From contig CAZGNE010000006.1 in assembly GCA_964527165.1 (NCBI GenBank), positions 1,601 through 65,600 of the forward strand: a stretch of 64,000 nucleotides of DNA, written 5' to 3'. Source of the DNA: an uncultured Candidatus Bathyarchaeia archaeon. GTDB lineage: Archaea; Thermoproteota; Bathyarchaeia; Bathyarchaeales; Bathycorpusculaceae. A program made the translations under genes and the position numbers. The notes beneath the pieces were generated by a model that searched no databases, was not told the origin of the DNA, and worked only from the letters and a program-made list of their open reading frames with translations. This document shows, in pieces, positions 62,250-64,000 of the stretch. The number at the start of each line of letters is the position of its first letter. The first letter of the stretch is position 1.

Positions 62250-62645
62250 TTATTCATCATACTCTACTATTCTGTTTATTCGTTTGGCAGTTTCAACCGC
62301 ATTCTTCGCTTCTTTAGGCAACGGAGCTATTCCATCAAACCCTGTTCTCTTGATGTAGGAGATCAACATTTTCCTCAGTTCCTCAGAATCCCAGCTGGCC
62401 ATTTTGTCTGGTGTATCTACGCCTGCATCATAATACAGTCTTGCTCTTACGCTTTTAATGGCTCCAAGTCTGCTTAAGTCAGACAACTTGACATATTCCA
62501 GAATCGATTCTAATGGTATCCCTGTTTTCTGGGACAGTTTTTTTCTGTCTTGTGAGGTTTTTCCTTTTTCGAGCATATGATTAACAGTTGTTATTCCTTC
62601 CTTTTCTAGCAGTCGCTTTGTATAGCTGGTCAAGGTTATACTCAC
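62250..62645 (-). CDS. helix-hairpin-helix protein (DUF4332-like)
   Basis: 131-aa ORF with two HhH-like repeats (EKEGITTVNHML; YDAGVDTPDKMA). Tentative. Confidence 0.5.
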   Translation of the reverse strand: MSITLTSYTKRLLEKEGITTVNHMLEKGKTSQDRKKLSQKTGIPLESILEYVKLSDLSRLGAIKSVRARLYYDAGVDTPDKMASWDSEELRKMLISYIKRTGFDGIAPLPKEAKNAVETAKRINRIVEYDE

Positions 62646-62699
62646 CGATCTTCTTTACAGAATCATTTACTCAAATTCTATTGACAGTGATGGTGAACA

Positions 62700-62905
62700 T
62701 AGGACTCTTAGCCTTCATTTTGGTGACCATGATAGTCCCGAACTGGATCTTGGAATTCAAGGCTGATAGAATTGCGGCAAAATTCGCAGGAAAAGAGAAC
62801 ATCAAATCAGCCTTGCTTAAATTTGTGAACAAAGAAGATTACGAAGAACCATCAGAGACACATCCATCAATAGCCGAAAGAGTAAAGCGCATTGACAAGG
62901 CATAG
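62700..62905 (+). pseudogene. C-terminal fragment of an M48/HtpX-like peptidase
   Basis: The end of the 62588..62905 ORF reads EFKADRIAAKFAGKENIKSALLKFVNKE...ETHPSIAERVKRI, a typical M48 C-terminus. No HExxH part exists. Its upstream part collides with the opposite-strand gene. Confidence 0.55.
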
Positions 62906-63009
62906 TTACTTGATGTAAGTCTTCTTCGAGAGCAAACGGGCTCCATAACCTCTGTAATTTGTACGCTTATTGAAATAAACAAGCGTTAAATTTTGGAACT
63001 AGGTTATTA

Positions 63010-63669
63010 TTGTCCCTTGACCGATTCGTGACTTTCTACAACCTTGCGAAAGAAAATAACAGAAAAATCATAATTTCGAAAAGGCATGCGTACTTGCTTG
63101 AAGAATTGCAGAATGTGCCTGCGCTCCAAAAAGCTATTCCGGAAATCGATGATGAGAACATTCTCATCTACATCGATAGGAAAGATACTGGTCGGTTTGG
63201 AGAATCTGACTATGATAATTGGGAGCGAAAATTCTTAGAAATGGCTAACGCTGTTAAAGCAGACATGATACACGAAAATCAGGCAGATGCTCTTGTCTGC
63301 TTGACTTTTTTTGACGTAAATGAACTAATCGATATTGCGCCAAACGCTGGAAGCATCTATGTGCATTCAACCTCTGAACCGCATAACGAAGAACAGATAT
63401 TTGATGAACAAAGATTGAACAATTGGATTGACTTCTTTCGCTTGAAGAAGCATCACTTTCATTGTTCAGGGCATGCCAACGGAAAAGAGATTCGGGAAAT
63501 GATTCAAACCATCAATCCAAAAGAGCTAATGCCAATTCACACTAAACAACCTGAACTCTTTGAAAAAATGCATGATAACGTTAAGAAGCCCAAACTAGAA
63601 GATCCAAGCCCAGATGTGATATTTGCTTCAAGCTCACTTTCGTCAAGGACGTCTCGGAGTCTTTCTTGA
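63010..63669 (+). pseudogene. 5'-truncated beta-CASP / metallo-beta-lactamase RNase (RNase J / aCPSF2-like), C-terminal half only
   Basis: The 219-aa ORF contains the beta-CASP and final MBL motif HCSGHANGKEIREMIQTINPKELMPIHT. It lacks the N-terminal HxHxDH domain, and the upstream 100 nt is full of stops. Confidence 0.6.
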
Positions 63670-64000
63670 AGTTCTCCCCGCTCAGCTTCTCTGAAGATGT
63701 TAGGGTGCGTACGACCATGGAACGTCGTTTGGCACCCTCGGCTTTGACCCGGGGTCAAAGTTTGAAGGGGTGGCCTTAGCCTCTAAAGAGAACGCTTTGT
63801 TAACTGGCATGCTGGAGCTTCCAAAGGGCATAGCTAAAAAGATGGGGCAGAGGAGACAGCAGAGACGTTTCAGGCGATACAGAAAATGTCGGAGGAGACA
63901 GTGCAGATTCGACAATCGCAAGCGGAAGGACGGATGGATAGCTCCCTCGCAGAAGGCGAAGGTAGGGTTCAAACTGAAAATCATAGAGGAATTGAAGAAG
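63620..64000 (+). mobile_element. IscB/IsrB-like (OMEGA-family, IS200/IS605-associated) RNA-guided nuclease gene; 5' part only, N-terminus disrupted; runs off the window
   Basis: The frame open from 63704 to the window end reads GTLGFDPGSKFEGVALA (RuvC-I), then the Arg-rich bridge helix KKMGQRRQQRRFRRYRKCRRRQCRFDNRKRKDGWIAPS. No start codon lies upstream of the catalytic Asp. PLMP-like traces (FVKDVSESFLKF / SPRSASLKMLGCVRPWNVVW) lie in two other frames. Confidence 0.6.

Noticed and set aside
63541-63700. An omega-RNA immediately upstream of the IscB-like RuvC motif.
   Set aside because: The upstream sequence is occupied by the apparently genuine C-terminus of the beta-CASP fragment and by frame-split PLMP-like coding traces. 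I could not identify a convincing extended RNA structure there by eye. This needs a covariance-model search.
1-64000. CRISPR arrays, rRNA genes, and large tandem or inverted repeats.
   Set aside because: Scanning by eye found no regularly spaced direct repeats and no rRNA-like conserved blocks. The only repeats found are the paralogous gene modules and the short motifs in the 60.5-61.0 kb island. A computational repeat search could still find something I missed.

Overview
Archaeal chromosomal segment, fairly AT-rich, with TACK/Thermoproteota-like gene content; the possible Bathyarchaeia-like affinity is inference only. Housekeeping content: a core transcription operon of unsplit rpoB, unsplit rpoA (A'+A'' fused), rpl30e and nusA. 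Also thioredoxin, CysRS, LplA, a Y-family polymerase, tRNA-Leu(CAA) and tRNA-Ala(GGC). Energy and carbon content: a group-4 membrane-bound [NiFe] hydrogenase split into two convergent operons, preceded by a frameshifted inorganic pyrophosphatase. There is also a P-type cation ATPase, then a cluster of an HprK/PEPCK-like kinase, a PFK-A phosphofructokinase and an alpha-glucan phosphorylase. Further genes are a glycogen-synthase-like glycosyltransferase, a GS-like enzyme, an acyl-CoA dehydrogenase, a two-subunit CoA-transferase and a DRE-TIM (IPMS-like) enzyme. A stomatin/NfeD pair is also present. The most interesting features are these. (1) A translationally coupled three-gene operon encodes a short hinge-less SMC5/6-like ATPase, a kleisin-like protein and a MAGE/Nse3-like winged-helix (kite) protein. 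(2) A family-B DNA polymerase lacks the 3'-5' exonuclease domain and is co-transcribed with one of two divergent BioB/LipS-like radical-SAM genes. (3) A duplicated wHTH / glycosyltransferase / ATPase module shows reciprocal gene decay. (4) A site-2 protease sits with two paralogous membrane proteins and paralogous wHTH regulators. (5) A ~480-nt GC-rich, hairpin-dense non-coding island lies at 60.5-61.0 kb. (6) At the 3' window edge there is a gene-fragment graveyard next to a degraded IscB/IsrB-like (OMEGA-family) RuvC plus bridge-helix gene. No CRISPR array and no rRNA were seen. All calls come from reading motifs by eye; no searches were run.
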